This document shows, piece by piece, positions 12,695 to 27,716 of a stretch of 64,000 nt of DNA. The notes under the pieces were generated by a model. The model was not told the origin of the DNA, ran no database searches, and was given only the letters and a program-made list of their open reading frames with translations. Both the position numbers and the translations under genes were made by a program. The stretch lies in NCBI RefSeq assembly GCF_009914755.1, contig NC_060930.1. One strand, 5' to 3'. The stretch comes from the human T2T-CHM13v2.0 reference genome, Homo sapiens. Each line of letters opens with the position of its first letter. Positions within the stretch are counted from its first letter, which is position 1.

Positions 12695-14666
12695 CTGCGG
12701 GAAGGAAGAGTAAGGGAGAGTGAAGTGAATATGTCTTTAGGGAAAGCGTTGGGGAGAGCAGTAAATGTCAACTTGCTCTCTTTGGACTCAGACAAATCTG
12801 GGTTCATATCCCAGCTCCATCCTTGCTGTGTGCCTTTGGGGAATGCTACCTGTTTGATGCTGCTTTCTCATTTATAATACAGAGATAACAACAGTAAGAA
12901 TCTTGGGAGATTAGACATACGGAGGATTATTATAACACCGTCATTTCAAAGAGAGCTAGCGCCTTAGAGAGGGCATTTGTCTCTTTTTCCCAGAATATAA
13001 AAGAGGACTATGGAGAAAGGATTGAACACAGGCTCTATATTTGCAGTGATTGGAATATGAATTAATTCAAAAAGTATTTATCATGTGCCAGCCTTGGGCC
13101 TGACACAAACAGCCCATTTGGACAGGAACAGAGAATATACAAAAATAATCTTATTATGTCCTTTTAAAAATTAAAAATGGCCCTACTATTAAAGCATCAA
13201 ATTTTAATCTTGCTTCATACCTCTCAGAGCTCTTTATTGTAAATGCTCAGATGTTTTGAGAAGGGAAAGTAAATACTAATACATGTCTTGATGAGTACTT
13301 TAATTTCTACCATCACTTTTAGGTTCTAGAGGCAGGGACATTGTGATTCTGAAGAAATATTATGGGGCTTCCAATGAGTTTAGAGTTTGAAAGAAACATA
13401 GAAAGAAACTTTAGGAGGGAAAAGTAAAAGACTCATTTTACAATTTGAGTGAAAAATGAGTTGAAGTTACCTTAGAAATAGTAACAAGTCAGAGTTGAAA
13501 TATACATTATAGTGTAATCTAGAATATCATAGAAATAATTATAGAAGCCTAGATAGAGAAGGAAATACTTTAAAGCTTTTTAAGTTCATCTTAATGTCCT
13601 TTCTTACTCCCTGCAGTCTTTTCTGGCTTAAAGAAAAGGAAGAATGGAACCCATCTTCTCCAGATATGTTGTTATGGGGTAGGTGTAGGTCTAGAGACAG
13701 AAAAGAATCACATTTGAACATCCTCTTAATGCAAGAACATTTTTAAAGAAACAATTTTCCCTGAATATCCATCAAGCCTAATACAGTGTGACTATCTGAG
13801 ATCAATTATTCTTATCTTTACAAAGACTGGGAGTTATACAGCAAAAGCAATACTGTAAAATATGTGTATTAAAATATGTAAAAGAAGGGAGTTGAAAAAA
13901 GGTTGGTATTATTTACCTCTCACAGAACTGTTTTCCTTTTACAGTGTTCTTTACCCCTTCTGTAAGTTCTCTCTGGGTGACTGCGGGAGAACACTGCTAA
14001 CACCCTGAAGTCAGAGACAAACTTCAAAGCTGTGTGCTAATAGCACTGTATATAAGCTTATTTGCAGTAGATGAAAAACAATATGCTTCAAGTTAATGAG
14101 TTTCTCCCACTTACCGTATATAGCATTAGACAGAAATGAATAAAATTAGCTTTGAAACAAATAAAGATATTTCCACAGAAAAGTGGTCAACTTGAACAAA
14201 GTAAAATGTTGAAAACTGATAATTATGAAAATGACACAATTGTCACTATTCAGCATGCTTCACTGTGCATATTACATATGCAAAAAAATAGAAAAAGTTC
14301 CACGGTCAACAACAACAACAGCAACAGCAACAGCAACAAAAACAACAAAAAACAGTCCTGGGAAGGTAAAGCTTGGGTATATAGTAATCCCTAAACAGTG
14401 CTTTTGAAGGAGTATTTTACTTACTTTTAAACTATACAATCTCATGTTCATCTGATAAGTTTTTAATCATTCTGTTACCCTTTGGAGATAGAGGTAAGAT
14501 GACAAAATAATGTAATTGCTAGTTGTATGGCTACTGTTGGTACATGTCAAAATGATTAAGCTCTGTGGGTACTTTTTTGGTTTTGTATGATAACTGAAAT
14601 TTGGGGATTATTCTTTTCTAGCCCATGCTGTAGGTGTAATAGTGAAATGTAAAATTAAAACAATTA

Positions 14667-14867
<201 letters not shown>

Positions 14868-15257
14868 TCAAATTCCAGTAAGGTCAGATCCATTCAAATC
14901 TATTTGTCGTAGGAAAGACTATAAATAAAACATTGGATTTTAAATTTTGTTGGAAGGAATTAAAATTTCATGATATTTTGCAAAAGTATGCAAAAGAATG
15001 GTGAAAGTAGTGTTTAGTAATTTAGAAGTCCAAGTTAATATGAAATAAGAGTATTTGTGATCATGAAGAACCAGTGTACATAAATCAAATCTGTATTACT
15101 TGACAGTGCTCCAAGCATTTGTCCATCCATCTGTTCATCAATAGATGTAACAAATGCAAGTTATTGTGTTTGGTGCTAGGAAGATACAATTTGTGCAAGG
15201 CTGGAGTGCTGCCCTTGGATGCTCACGGTCTAGTGGGGTTAGACTAGATGCATACCA

Positions 15258-15258
<1 letters not shown>

Positions 15259-15312
<54 letters not shown>
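15259..15312. repeat. (CA)n microsatellite
   Basis: Perfect CA run. Confidence 0.97.
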
Positions 15313-15316
<4 letters not shown>

Positions 15317-15344
15317 TATGCATTCAGCAATCAAGAGTGACTCC

Positions 15345-15669
<325 letters not shown>

Positions 15670-15727
15670 TTAGTGTGATGAAGCCTGGTGATCATTCCAG
15701 TGATACAACCAATGGCTGCACCAGTAG

Positions 15728-16091
<364 letters not shown>

Positions 16092-19000
16092 TGAACTTGC
16101 CTGTCAATCTTATACATGCGAACAAGTGCACATTTTTCTCATGGCAGGGATATATATGTGTGTGTATGTGCATGTGTGTCTGTGTGTGTGTCTGTGTGCC
16201 TGCATATTCCATAGTTTTCACTGAATTCTCAAAAGGATATAAGACTGCAGGAACCACTGGACTGGAATGAGTAGGCGAGGCACTCTACAGAGGGAGACAC
16301 TTAACCTGGCTTAAAGGCTAGACAGAAGTACTCATGGATGAGAGAGATGAGCAAAGGAGACACCATGAGCAAAGGCAATAAGTAGAAAATGTGCACGGTC
16401 TCCAGTGGCTAAGAGGCAGAGTTTGTAGGAAAGTCAAGAAATTCACTGGAACAGTAGGTGGACTCAGATCATGGGTGGCTGAGGAATTTACCTTTCTTAA
16501 GTAGGAAGCCATTGAAGGCATTTGATGAAGGTTGGTTACATAGTTTCTATACATTTAGAGATACCTTGAAATCGAATCTGGCAGTAATCTCAAGGGGAGA
16601 GAAGCTGGGACCCTAGGCAGGGGGCAGACCAAAATATCCACAAGTGAGACACAAAGGAATGGAGAAATCACTGGAGAACCCAGAGCAGGAGGGGCTGACT
16701 TAGACCCTGAGGACTTGGAGGGGAGAGGAGAACCCTGGACAAGAATGAGAAAGAATGAGAAAATAGGAAAGGAAATTGGAGGAAAAAAGGTGTTGGTTTT
16801 CAGCAGGTAATAGCAAGGCTAATCCACGTGGCTATTCCTGCAGAAAGACACAAATATGAAAGTTGTGCTGTGGGGCTCAGTTTTGAATAAGGATGCAGAC
16901 CCACAAATAAATCCCTTTTAAGGACTGAAGCAGTGAGATTGGGTGAAGTCACTGAGGGAAGAGATGGGGGCAAAAGGGGTGCAACTGTGGCTAATGCCAG
17001 ATCCAAAGATCAGGAAGAGGAAGGAGAACTGAGGTGGAGCAGGGCTTTCAAATTCCTCAACGCTATGCTGTTCCCTTCCTGAAATCTTGCTCATGCTGTT
17101 CATTTGTATGCAGTAGAAGGGTTTGTTTGGTAAAGTTAAAATGAGCACTACCATCTGTCTGAATCAAAAATGCCAAATTTTTGGTAGCCATATGCATGAA
17201 GTTTAAAAAAATCTGTATAAGTTTATTTAAAAGCTATTCTGGCATTCATTCACTTTTAGAACTGAAGTCTCTTCATATAGGCAACACTGTCCTCTTGCTT
17301 GTTACATTTACAAAGTCCACTGTGTTTTGCACACACCCTGACATTTACCAACCACCAGCAAATCGGCTGGTTTGTGCCTAAGCAGATACTTTGGTTCTCA
17401 GTTCATTGACTGTGTGCTCCCCTTCCTGATTATAAAATTTACAAAGGACTTTTGGAGGTAAGATCTATTCCTAAAAATAAATCAGAAGAGAATGGAACAT
17501 GTTAACACACAACATATGTGTTCTCTAGCACAAGGCTATGTAGAAGACAAAGCACTTGGCTGAGATCGAGAACTCACAATCTAAAATGAGAACCAAATAC
17601 AGTTTATCATTATCGGTAGTATTAATAATAGGTCTTGCTTTTTTCTCAGCAATAAACATTACTCCCTGTGGCTAAGGGCACAGCTGTGGTCTGGATGGGA
17701 TCTCCTGCAGGCCATTGCTTGCCCTTGTCCTACCAGGACCGGTCTGGGTTGGCAGGTCCACTTCTCATTTCAGGGCTTGCAGTACGGAACATAGTTCTGG
17801 GTCTTCACTGGTGAACCCTGAGAATTGTTGCATGAGGTTGCAGTGTTGTTTCTGTCTTACTTAAATGCTCTTAATCTTCTTTGGGAGTAGAATAGTGTTA
17901 TCCTGCAGGCTAGGGGTATGGGCTTAAATCTTTCAGGATGAGAAGAATCACTTATTACTTAGCACTGAAAATGCATCTTCAATAAACTTGGGCACAATCT
18001 GACAAAACTACAGGATCCCCAAATTGGAAAGTCCTTAAGGTTTTCATTACATCAACCCAGTTTTTACTGAGTTGTTACTTTGTGTCAGACATTGTGCTAA
18101 ATGCTCCATGATTCAAAGATAAAGAAGACAGATTCCCTTACTTTTTGGAGCCCTGAGTTCAATGGGGAAGACAGATTCATTAGCAGATGATCACAATTCA
18201 GAAACAGAGCTGTGCAAGACATGTTACAGGATTGGAGTATAGGGTAGGTCTCCTGGAGGAAGTAATGCCTGAGGTAAGACTTAAAGGATAAGTGAGGTTA
18301 GCCAGATGAGTAGAAAAGAAAAAGCGGTTTCCATTCCAGGCAGGTGAGATTACTGGTTGTGTGATATTGCCTGAACCTAATGTGTGAGGCAGAGAACAGT
18401 AAGAGGTGAGGCTGAGGAGGCTGGTAGGGTCAGATCAGAGGGAGTCCTGAATGCCACGTGAAAGAGCATAGGCTGTCCACAGGATAGTGTCTTTCAGAGG
18501 TTAACAGAGAATTGTACGTTGCAACCTGGTACACATATATAAGGCAGAACCGTGATGAAACCACACCTTACTATATATGTGTACTTTGATATTTTCTATT
18601 CCCTTGATTTCATTTCCTTTTATCTGTCTCTCCTTTTTTTTTTTTTTAAACTACTGGTTACAACCCATGAAACTTATTTTCTAACCCGCGAAATGGCTCA
18701 CAAGTTGCAGCGTCAAAAGCACTGTTATAGGTGATGAGGAGAAATGAGAGGATTGATAAGCACATGCAGTTGCAGTCAGACTGTGACTAAGGTGAGCTGC
18801 TCTGGCAGGGTGGAGAGGATGTTTTGGAAGGACGCAAGAATGGAGGAGAGAGAAGGGGAGACTGTTTTGGTTGAGAAACAATGAAAGCCAGAACTAGAGA
18901 AGTTGTAGAGGAATGGAAAAGAAGGAAGAGAGCTAAAACATGTCAGATAGTAAACCTGGGAGGAACCTGCGGTTGACTGGATGTGGAGGAGGGAAAGGGG

Positions 19001-20027
19001 GACACTTCAAGGGTAAGGAGAGTCCCAGCGACTATCTTAAAACAGTATTTTGTGTTATACTTTTATTGTATAAGATAATCATGCATTCATTTAGCAAAAA
19101 AAAAAAAAAAAGTTATCCCAACCATATTATTCTAAAAAATATTGGCTAGGGGTTTGCTCCCATTAGCAAACAGTGGTGATGAGTGTAATTAACTTTTACG
19201 GAAGAAATTTTACAAGGATTCTTAGTGAGGGGTAATGATGGCTGAAAATCAGGCTAGAGAGCCTAGTTTAAGTGGCTTTTGCCAGCCACAATAGTACATA
19301 ACCGAATTCGTGAATTTGCTCATAATTGGTTTCTATTTGTTCACAGTATTCTTTTCTCCCTAATCTTTTAAAATATGTTTGAACATGCATGTGTCATCCT
19401 ATCAAAAGATGGCCCCTCTTGATGCTGGCGGCTGTGAATACATGCATTGCTTGAAGCGGACACATGACCACTACCAGTTCTCAGCTTTGTAGGTGTGGGC
19501 ATGCACGAATTCTGGCCCCATGAGATGACCATCTTTGCAAGCTATGATCACATCTGGGAATCCTCCTCACCTTCCTCTTTGCATTTGCATGGCCTTGGCA
19601 ATTAGTCTCCTTATCCCTGCAGCTGCTGACCAGCCAGACTGTGAGATTTGCTTATCGTGCCTTTCCAAAAATTATGCATACCCAGAACCCATGGTTTTGA
19701 GATGCTTTGGCCTTCTAGTGCTCTCAGTATAAAAAAAGCTATGCATTGCTTACCCACTTGCAAGAATAACAGACCCATACACATGGACACAAGCATCAGA
19801 ACTACTGCGTTCTTATCAAAGCAAGAACTAGACAATTATCCTAGTTTCAACTTGATTTTAGGAACACACAAGTTAGTAATTTATAGCACCAAAAAACACA
19901 CCAATATTTTAAAATATAAGTATTTAACTATACCAATATTTTAAAAAAATTTATATCAACAGCCCCTTCTTGGTGTACCATCACACTGCTGATGCTGAAA
20001 TGCATTGATGGTGAGTGTCCGCTGTAC

Positions 20028-20221
20028 CTCATGGTCCCGCTGCCTGGCTGCTGTGGCCCTGTTCATGTCTTCGGCATCCCTGACATGGTTAAGGGCCTGG
20101 TCAAGTGCTTCCTGGAGATCTGACAACTTAGCATTGTAGTCATCCAGCTGCTCCAGGACGACAGGAAACAGAGTGCGGGTCTCATTGTGCAGCCGCTGCC
20201 AGCTCTCAGCCTGGCTCAGTA
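20028..20221 (-). CDS. LAMA4: LAMA4 exon 12 (194 nt, phase 1-0): (L)LSQAESWQRLHNETRTLFPVVLEQLDDYNAKLSDLQEALDQALNHVRDAEDMNRATAARQRDHE
   Basis: Acceptor TTCTTCCCAG, donor GAG|GTACAG at 20027; within ORF 19956..20330. Confidence 0.97.
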
Positions 20222-21519
20222 CTGGGAAGAAATGGAGATAAAGGCTCAGTGTGGCTTTCTCCTGTTCGCTTCCATTCCTCCCAGCATTTTGCAAAGTTGC
20301 AAAATTCTCAGGCCATGCCTTCTTTAGCAATGGAGATTGAAGCTATTGTTCACAAAATTAGCTCCACCTTTTAGATTTGAAGTAAAAAATGCTACTTTTT
20401 AGAGTTTGGGAGTCCCTGGATAACTGTCAGTTGAAAGAAGGGTTTGATTAGTTTTCCCACAGAGGTTGTGCTTTTTGTGAAAACCATATCATTATACTAT
20501 GCTTATTATTATCCAGATTATTAATAATTTTACTGTGTAAAGGGGACTTGGGTATAGTATGGTTTTTACTATTAAAAATAACCAAACTTATCTTGTCGGT
20601 AATAAGGCAAAATGATGTTCATACCCACTCATTTTCTGTAGTTTCTCTAGGCAACTGTTTTTAGTTAGCTCCACTGGGTCAAATCCAAACCATGATTTTG
20701 GTGGAAAAAAGATTAAATGGCAATGACATGATATTCTTAAACTTTGCATGTGTCTTTTATTCTCTGCTCAAAGGCACATGTGTTGAATATGTTGAATATG
20801 TTAATTTCTGTTTTCTTCAGGGAATATTAGCTTGTCTTGTTGAGATTTTCTTCCATCACTGTAAGCAGAACACAAAAGTTCCTGGCTGAGTATAGAAAGT
20901 GTTGGAAAATGCATTCTAGGTGGAAGGAGGCCGAGTGGGAGATGTGATTGGTCCCACTTCTCCAGGGAAGTCTTGTTAAATTCCACAGGAGGTGACAAGC
21001 TTGGAAACATCTGGCATTGACTGACATCTGAGCTCTAGCCTTTCTGAGTCTGACTCAGAACTGGGGCCTGAGATTCTTCTTTGGTTCTTACTGTTTCTAA
21101 GACTTTACATATTTGCCACCATAATAAACCTGTATGTCAGTAATGTCTTTCTACAGTATCCACAATAATTGTTAGCAGAAGTTGATAGTGACAGTTGTAG
21201 GAAAACGACCTACTGCCCTTTATCCCTTTTTGTGTCATTAGTCCCTTTGTAATCTAATGAAGCCTTCAGACTGCTTCTTAGAGTGTGTTCTAAAATGCAT
21301 ACAATAAAATATATAGAAATTAAAAGGAGACTAATATATTTAAAAACCAAATGTAATATAATAATGTATATGCTTCTTTACTAATCCCTTAACTAACAAG
21401 ATCTAAAGGTGGATCTAATAGTTACCATAATTTTGAGTTATTGGTGAATTTAAATAGTGTCATGAGATATCAGCAGCAGCTAAAATATAATATGCAAATC
21501 TGTGATTTCTTCCATTGAT

Positions 21520-22242
21520 TGTGTAGATTAAACCAATTGTTTGCAGCTCTTCCAATCAAGAGTGGAGTCTATCTCTCTACTCCTTGAGTCTGGGCTGGTC
21601 TTGATCAGTAAAATGGATATGACATTGCTGAGCTCCAAGCCTAGGCTTAAGAGACCGTGTGCTTTTCATTCTTGCTCTCTTAAAGCTGCCGTTATGTGAA
21701 CAACCTGGACTAGCCTTGTTGAGTTAAGACCCCACATGGAGGGAGAGGCCCAGCCTTCCCGGCCAGCCCCAGACATCTGAGTGAGCTCAACCAATATATG
21801 TCACATGGAGCAGAGATGAGCTGTCCAGGTTGAATCCAGCCTGAATTGCCAACCCATGAAAGCATGAGCAATAAATGGTTATTGTTTTAAATGAATACAT
21901 TTGGGGTGGTTTTTGTTTTGTTTTGTTTTGGGACAGAGTCTCACTCTGTCACCAGGCTGGAGTGCAGTGTGCAATCTTGGCTCACTGCAACCTCCGCCTC
22001 CCAGGTTCAAGCGATTCTCCTGCCTCAGCCTCCCTAGTAGCTGGGACTACAGGCACATGCCACCACGCCCAGCTATTTTTTGTATTTTTAGTAGAGATGG
22101 GGTTTCACCACACTGGCCAGGCTGGTCTCGAACTCCTGACCTTGTGATCCACCCACCTTGGCCTCCCAAAGTGCTGGGATTACAGGCATGAGCCACCACG
22201 CCTGGCCTGGGCCTTGTTATAATAGCAATTGATAACTGATAC
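21520..22242 (+). mobile_element. MLT1-type MaLR solo LTR, interrupted by an Alu
   Basis: Starts TGT, contains gagtctgggctgg...AATAAAtggttattgttt, ends ...gataactgataca. Confidence 0.75.
21910..22207 (-). mobile_element. Alu (AluSc/Sg-like)
   Basis: (TTTTG)n tail plus full Alu body. Confidence 0.94.
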
Positions 22243-22729
22243 AGTGATCAAGTGATAGATTCAATAATACTACTGTGATTTGGTGTCTACACTCATTGCT
22301 GAAGGAAATGTTAAATTTCCACTGGAGGCTAAAAGATATTAAAGTCATTCATGGTCTTCACAACATGAATGTTTCTGGCCTTGTAGCATTCCTGCCTTCT
22401 CAATAAAATTTCTTTAAATGTAGTTCTGGGAATTGGTTTCCTTTAGTCTTCCTTCTACTGTTTTATACGTTTTTCACCAACTGCTATAGATTCCTTGTGG
22501 CATCTCAGTTGTTTCTCAGGGGCTCAGAATTGGGCCTGAATCTAAAAATCTTGGTTATAAAGTCAAGTTGTCCTGAATGATTCCCTGTGGCCACATGTAG
22601 ATTCTAAATAGTTCTGAACACTGGAAATTGGTTGCTTTGATTATATGTTGCCCTAGGTTTAATGTCTGCTATTGGACCCACAAAGAGGGCAAACATGTGC
22701 TGGGTCAGCTATGAGAGGAATACACCTAC

Positions 22730-22897
22730 GTTCGTAAGCCTCATCTGCCTCCTCATCCACGAGCTCCCGTTGGGTGAAAAATGGTTGACGGCTTCTAATC
22801 TCTTCAAGCATCTTCTGGGCCAACACCAGCTTCTCAGAGATTTCCTTGGGGCTAAGTTCATGCTCTTCCCCATAATAGAGCATCTTGTTGTTGATCT
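22730..22897 (-). CDS. LAMA4: LAMA4 exon 11 (168 nt, phase 1-1): (E)INNKMLYYGEEHELSPKEISEKLVLAQKMLEEIRSRQPFFTQRELVDEEADEAYE
   Basis: Acceptor TTCCTTTCAG, donor GTAGGT at 22729; within ORF 22659..22949. Confidence 0.97.
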
Positions 22898-25537
22898 CTG
22901 AAAGGAAGAACATGGTGAAACAAGGCAGCAGGGAGAGATGACCAGGCACTAGAAATGCAAGGGAGCAAGGGCTGTGGGCAAAGGGCAGGGCTGATCCTGA
23001 AATGGAAAGAGAGACTCATTCAAAAGCAGCGTGCTAGTGTTCATGCTGTGAATCCCAGCGAGCATGGAAGCTCATCATCTATTCCACGAAGGAGAAAGAC
23101 ACGAGGAAACCACTCTTCTCTGCTTCCCATGCGGGGTCTTCAGAATGGGAACTGGCTAATGCAAAGCCTGCTCTGCTCTCATCCTCATCTGGTTTCCACA
23201 GTGATTTGAGAATGCTAATATTTAGCGTTAAATATTGTAACTTGATATTCAAGGCATCCAAATCTACAGTCTTTGATCAGCCTTTTATATAACATACTTA
23301 ACTTGGAGAAAATGCTCAGAGATCACTCCTGTCATGGGTGAGATTATTAATGTGTGGAGTTATTAATTGTATTTTAGACAAAGATTTGATCAAAGCTTTA
23401 AGCCCAAATGAGAGCATATTGATAGCTGTCCAAATGAGTCTTTCAAATTATTTCACAGGCTAAATACAAAATGAGGGTTTGTTATAATATGATGTGAGCT
23501 TTTGCTCATTGATAGTTATTTTTTGGCAGTTGCTGTTTGCCTTCTAGAGCGTGACTACTCTAGGTCATTTTCACCCCACTTCCATAAGTCAGGTGGAGAA
23601 TTTTAGAACTGGAGGGACCACTGAGGCTCAAAGGGATTAGGTGACCTGTCTAAATATTAGCAGACTGAAATACTTCTTTGAATCCCTCATTCCTACTACA
23701 TATGATGAGAAGGAAGGTATGTAATTGTCACCTTGTTCTACTGCAGCTCCAAGAGGAAGCATTTTATCTTGCTGGCATAAATGAAATTGTGTGTCTGTGG
23801 TTTACTATGATCTATGTGGTTGACCAGACAAGATGGGTAAACAAACATTGGTGTCACATAAATCATACCAGGATAAGGGGTTGTATTTTATGTGGATAAT
23901 AGCTTGAAGGTCGCCAGCGGTTATTTTAGAGATGGTTGGGAATAAGGAATGACATGTAATTGGTGTCTTACAGCATTCCAGAATTATATAAAGGGATTAA
24001 ACATCCACTCCTCAAGTAAAGTCTAAAATATTAACCTGCGAAATAAACTAAATGTAAATATTTTTTCCTCAGCTCTAGCACTTGTGATGCTGAATTCTCT
24101 GGCATTTTGGTGCAAGTCTTATATTTATAATTTTGGCCTGTTTTAGTTTAGCTACTTGCAGTATAGATTAGAAAAGGGAAATACAGACAATAGTATTTTT
24201 GCCTTTGGTTTTTGGAGACGATTCACACATTATTTTAAAAATTTAAAAGCTGTTAGAAGTTATTGTTTCCCATTTACATTTCCTTTGCATTTTTTCATCT
24301 TTTCCCATGCTTAAAGGATCAAATAAGAGGGTTCAGATCCTTTGCAAATGAAACACTTTTGAATCAAAACATGGGTTATAATAGCAAAGGTGAATTATTT
24401 TCTCTGAATGGCTTACTAGGGTCCTGGCATTTGCTGCTTAAAGAGGCATTTATTTCTTAGTTGGATAAGGTCATGTTATCTTCTAGGTTCAATCTCACTT
24501 TTTGAACAAATCAATAGTAACTCTAAAATGCTATAGAAAAAGAATATTTTGTCAGGAAACTCAAAAATATGAGCCATGAGAGAGTATGTGAGTGAGGAGT
24601 GTTTGGATTGCATGTCATTTGCTTTTATTGTTTATAATAGACATCAAAGGAAACATGACAAATGATTAATCTTGCTTTTATGTATCCCTTTGCATGCAAT
24701 ATGCCCCAGTATAAAGACATGAATCTTCCACTGTGGGTCCCTTTATCGCTACTGTGCCCTGGGATGCACTTGGTGTTGTCATCCAGCCCTTAATATATAG
24801 TATAATAAAAACTATGGAAATGCAGATACTGGATCTTAGCAAACTCTCACCCAAGGAAATCTTCTTTATCCTATAACAGATGAAATCTGCTGTTTTCTGC
24901 TGGTAAATTGAAGGCCAACTATTAGTGCACTATTAAAATAGTCTTCAAGATTATCCTGCATGTATTGCAAGTGAGAGCACAAATTAAGCAAACCTCCAAG
25001 AGGGAAGGTACAATCATTCACAATGCTTTAGGACAAAGAAATCTCCCACAGCCCCGCTCCTTCCTTTTCTTCTGGGTTGGGGCCCAAGCATGTTGCCTGA
25101 TTGGCCTTTGGGAAAGCCCATCATAGAAAGAGCTTGTGATGATTTGGGTCAACTGATAGTTTACTGGCATTCTAAAAGCAATGTTTTCTCTGCAAATAAC
25201 TGAGAAAAATCTGTGACTCCTACTCAACTCTTGCATTTTAGAGACACCACAGCATGCAATCTCCTCTGTCAGAAGGTTATTCTGTGAAATGCCTAAAAAG
25301 GGAATGATTTTATACATTGATTATTGAACATCAACAGATAGTAAGTAGGGATGAGTGCTCAGAAATTCCAGATAAACAAACTTGAAATGAAGACCTTATA
25401 CAAGTTTAAACCTATAATACTGTACCAACAAGTTCCTGGCACACAGCAAACACTTAACAGTAGCCATTATGCCTACTGATGTTAATAACATAAGTGTTTC
25501 CTTGATATTAAACTGAACCAGAAGAGAATATATTTAC

Positions 25538-25649
25538 CTTGGATTTTATCCCTCATATCATGGGCTTGCTCTACCAGCTGACTTGCGTGGTTAATGGTGT
25601 CCATGCTTTCCTTCTGAACAAGTTGTCCTTTTCTGGAGGCTTGATTTTC
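25538..25649 (-). CDS. LAMA4: LAMA4 exon 10 (112 nt, phase 0-1): ENQASRKGQLVQKESMDTINHASQLVEQAHDMRDKIQ
   Basis: Acceptor TTTGTAG, donor AAG|GTAAAT at 25537; open frame. Confidence 0.96.
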
Positions 25650-25833
25650 CTACAAATAATCCGTATAAAGGCTAGATTAAATGTATGAGAAAAGAATGTT
25701 GTATAAGCACAGATAGGGGTGGGTGGGCATAATGTATTTCCTAAACGTAAATCTTCCTGGCATGTGAAAGTTCTATAACACATGAAATCATCCCAAAAAT
25801 AATGCATGAAAGGTAATGTGATGGCCAGTTTTA

Positions 25834-26120
25834 CTTTTAAAAAATTTTTTAATTTTTCCGTAAGTTATTGGGGTATAGGTGGTATTTGGTTACATGAGTA
25901 AGTTCTTTAGTGGTGATTTGTTAGACTTTGGTGCACCCATCACCCGAGCAGTATACACTGCACCATATTTGTAGTCTTTTATCCCTCCCCACTCCACTCT
26001 TCCCTGCAAGTCCCCAAAGTCCATTGTATCATTCTTATGCCTCTGCGTCCTCATAGCTTAGCTCCCACGTATCAGTTAGGACATACAATGTTTGGTTTTC
26101 CATTCCTAAGTTACTTCACT
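25834..26120 (-). mobile_element. 5'-truncated L1 3' end (L1PB-like)
   Basis: L1PB-type 3' UTR; perfect 15-bp TSD tgatggccagtttta at 25819-25833 and 26121-26135. Confidence 0.9.
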
Positions 26121-27697
26121 TGATGGCCAGTTTTAGAATGACAGAATGCTATAAAATCTGGTGCTATTCCTACATCATCAGTCACAGTTCAGTCCCAACC
26201 AACTGCCTTTCATATGTAATTTATTCTTCGAATTTTTACTGTATCTCAAGTTGCTGGACTAGAAAATTGCCCATGTCTGCTGATCATTTTGACATTGTGC
26301 TGACTGAAGAGCTTAAAGTTTCAAAGAGAAAATTGTTGAAAAAATAGGCAGACCTTGAAATGCACCATGCTTCCAGTGGCTCCTGGGTGGTCCAACCACT
26401 GCTGAAATTGAATTACCACAGAGATTTCAAGGATTATTCTCACTGGCCTAACATGCTGTTTTCAGTGCTTCATTCCAAATTCCCATCAACATTGATGGCA
26501 CTTGTGTACAAATAACTGCTCAAGCAGATTTGGCTCAGCGTGAATGGAGCTCTTCTCCGAGAAGCTGATTCCATTCTCTCAACTTGGGAGATTCTGTTTC
26601 AGAGATCTCACACAGTATTTGTCAAAAATAATGCCCAACTCAAATGTGGCCTCTGAAGAAAGGGTTTGTGTGGGCGTCTGTGTGTATGTGTGTGTTTTTG
26701 TGTGCGTGGTTAAGGACAGAATGTGATCTAAGAGCACAGAAATGATTCAAGGCTAGGACACCACCCTGTATGCACAGCATGGGCGACATGTACTTACTTT
26801 TGGGATTTGAAGGACTGATCTATGGGTTATATTTAAGAGGAAGAGAAGTTCTTTAGTCTGGCATTTGGTCGAATGCCCACTTGCCTTGTCTGTTGCTTTT
26901 TTGGCTCAGCTCTTTAAAAACTGCTACAATACGTGAAGGAGCTGTGGGGTGATCTGCCACACAGAGCGCTGGTAGACCCATTATACAGAGTTTCCTGAGG
27001 ATAGGGAAGTGGTTGTTTTAAACTTCTCTCCTTTCATCCAGTATTCTACCCAGAGGATTATGCCATGATTTTACCGGGAACGTTTTTACACTCTCCAGGA
27101 ATAACCCAAGCAAGTGGCCCTCTCAGATGGTCAAGGAAGAGAATGCAGAAATGGTATTATAACAAACACATGCCCAGAGGCTTTTTATTGGAGAAGGGTA
27201 ATCCCCTCCCTACAGAGCAAGGCTCCTGTAGTCACAGAGCCCACTGTGCAGCGGCAATGTGGTCATCAGTCCCTTCATAAACTGTGGGCTCTCTGAATGG
27301 ACACTGTCTTCTGAGTCATTATACTCCTTCCTGCAATTCCAGTCTTCTTCTTGGCTTGTTCCAGTGCTTTCCAGAAAAACAGTATTTGTGGTCATTTTAA
27401 AATTAAATATGCAGAAACTATAATAAATCTTAATATTACTCCTCCCTGCTTTTAAAAAATACGGACACAAGCATTTAAAATTTTAGAATTTTTAATGAGT
27501 TGATCTTTGATCCAGTTTAAGTTATATTTGCAAAGCACAACACCCCTAGTTTTTACTTTGGCTTGATACTTCAGAGTAAAGCTCTATTGTTATTCCTATG
27601 TCATTAAACTTATTATTTTTTGATATGGAAACTTCAGTTGAAGTGATGAGAGACAGCTGAAAAATGTCATGCCTATAAGAAAACCTCTTCTTTTTGA

Positions 27698-27716
27698 CAA
27701 ACGCCAGAGGGCGCTA
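27698..27716 (+). promoter_or_regulatory. CTCF-like motif
   Basis: CAAACGCCAGAGGGCGCTA; the core is nearly consensus and keeps two CpGs in AT-rich surroundings. Confidence 0.65.
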
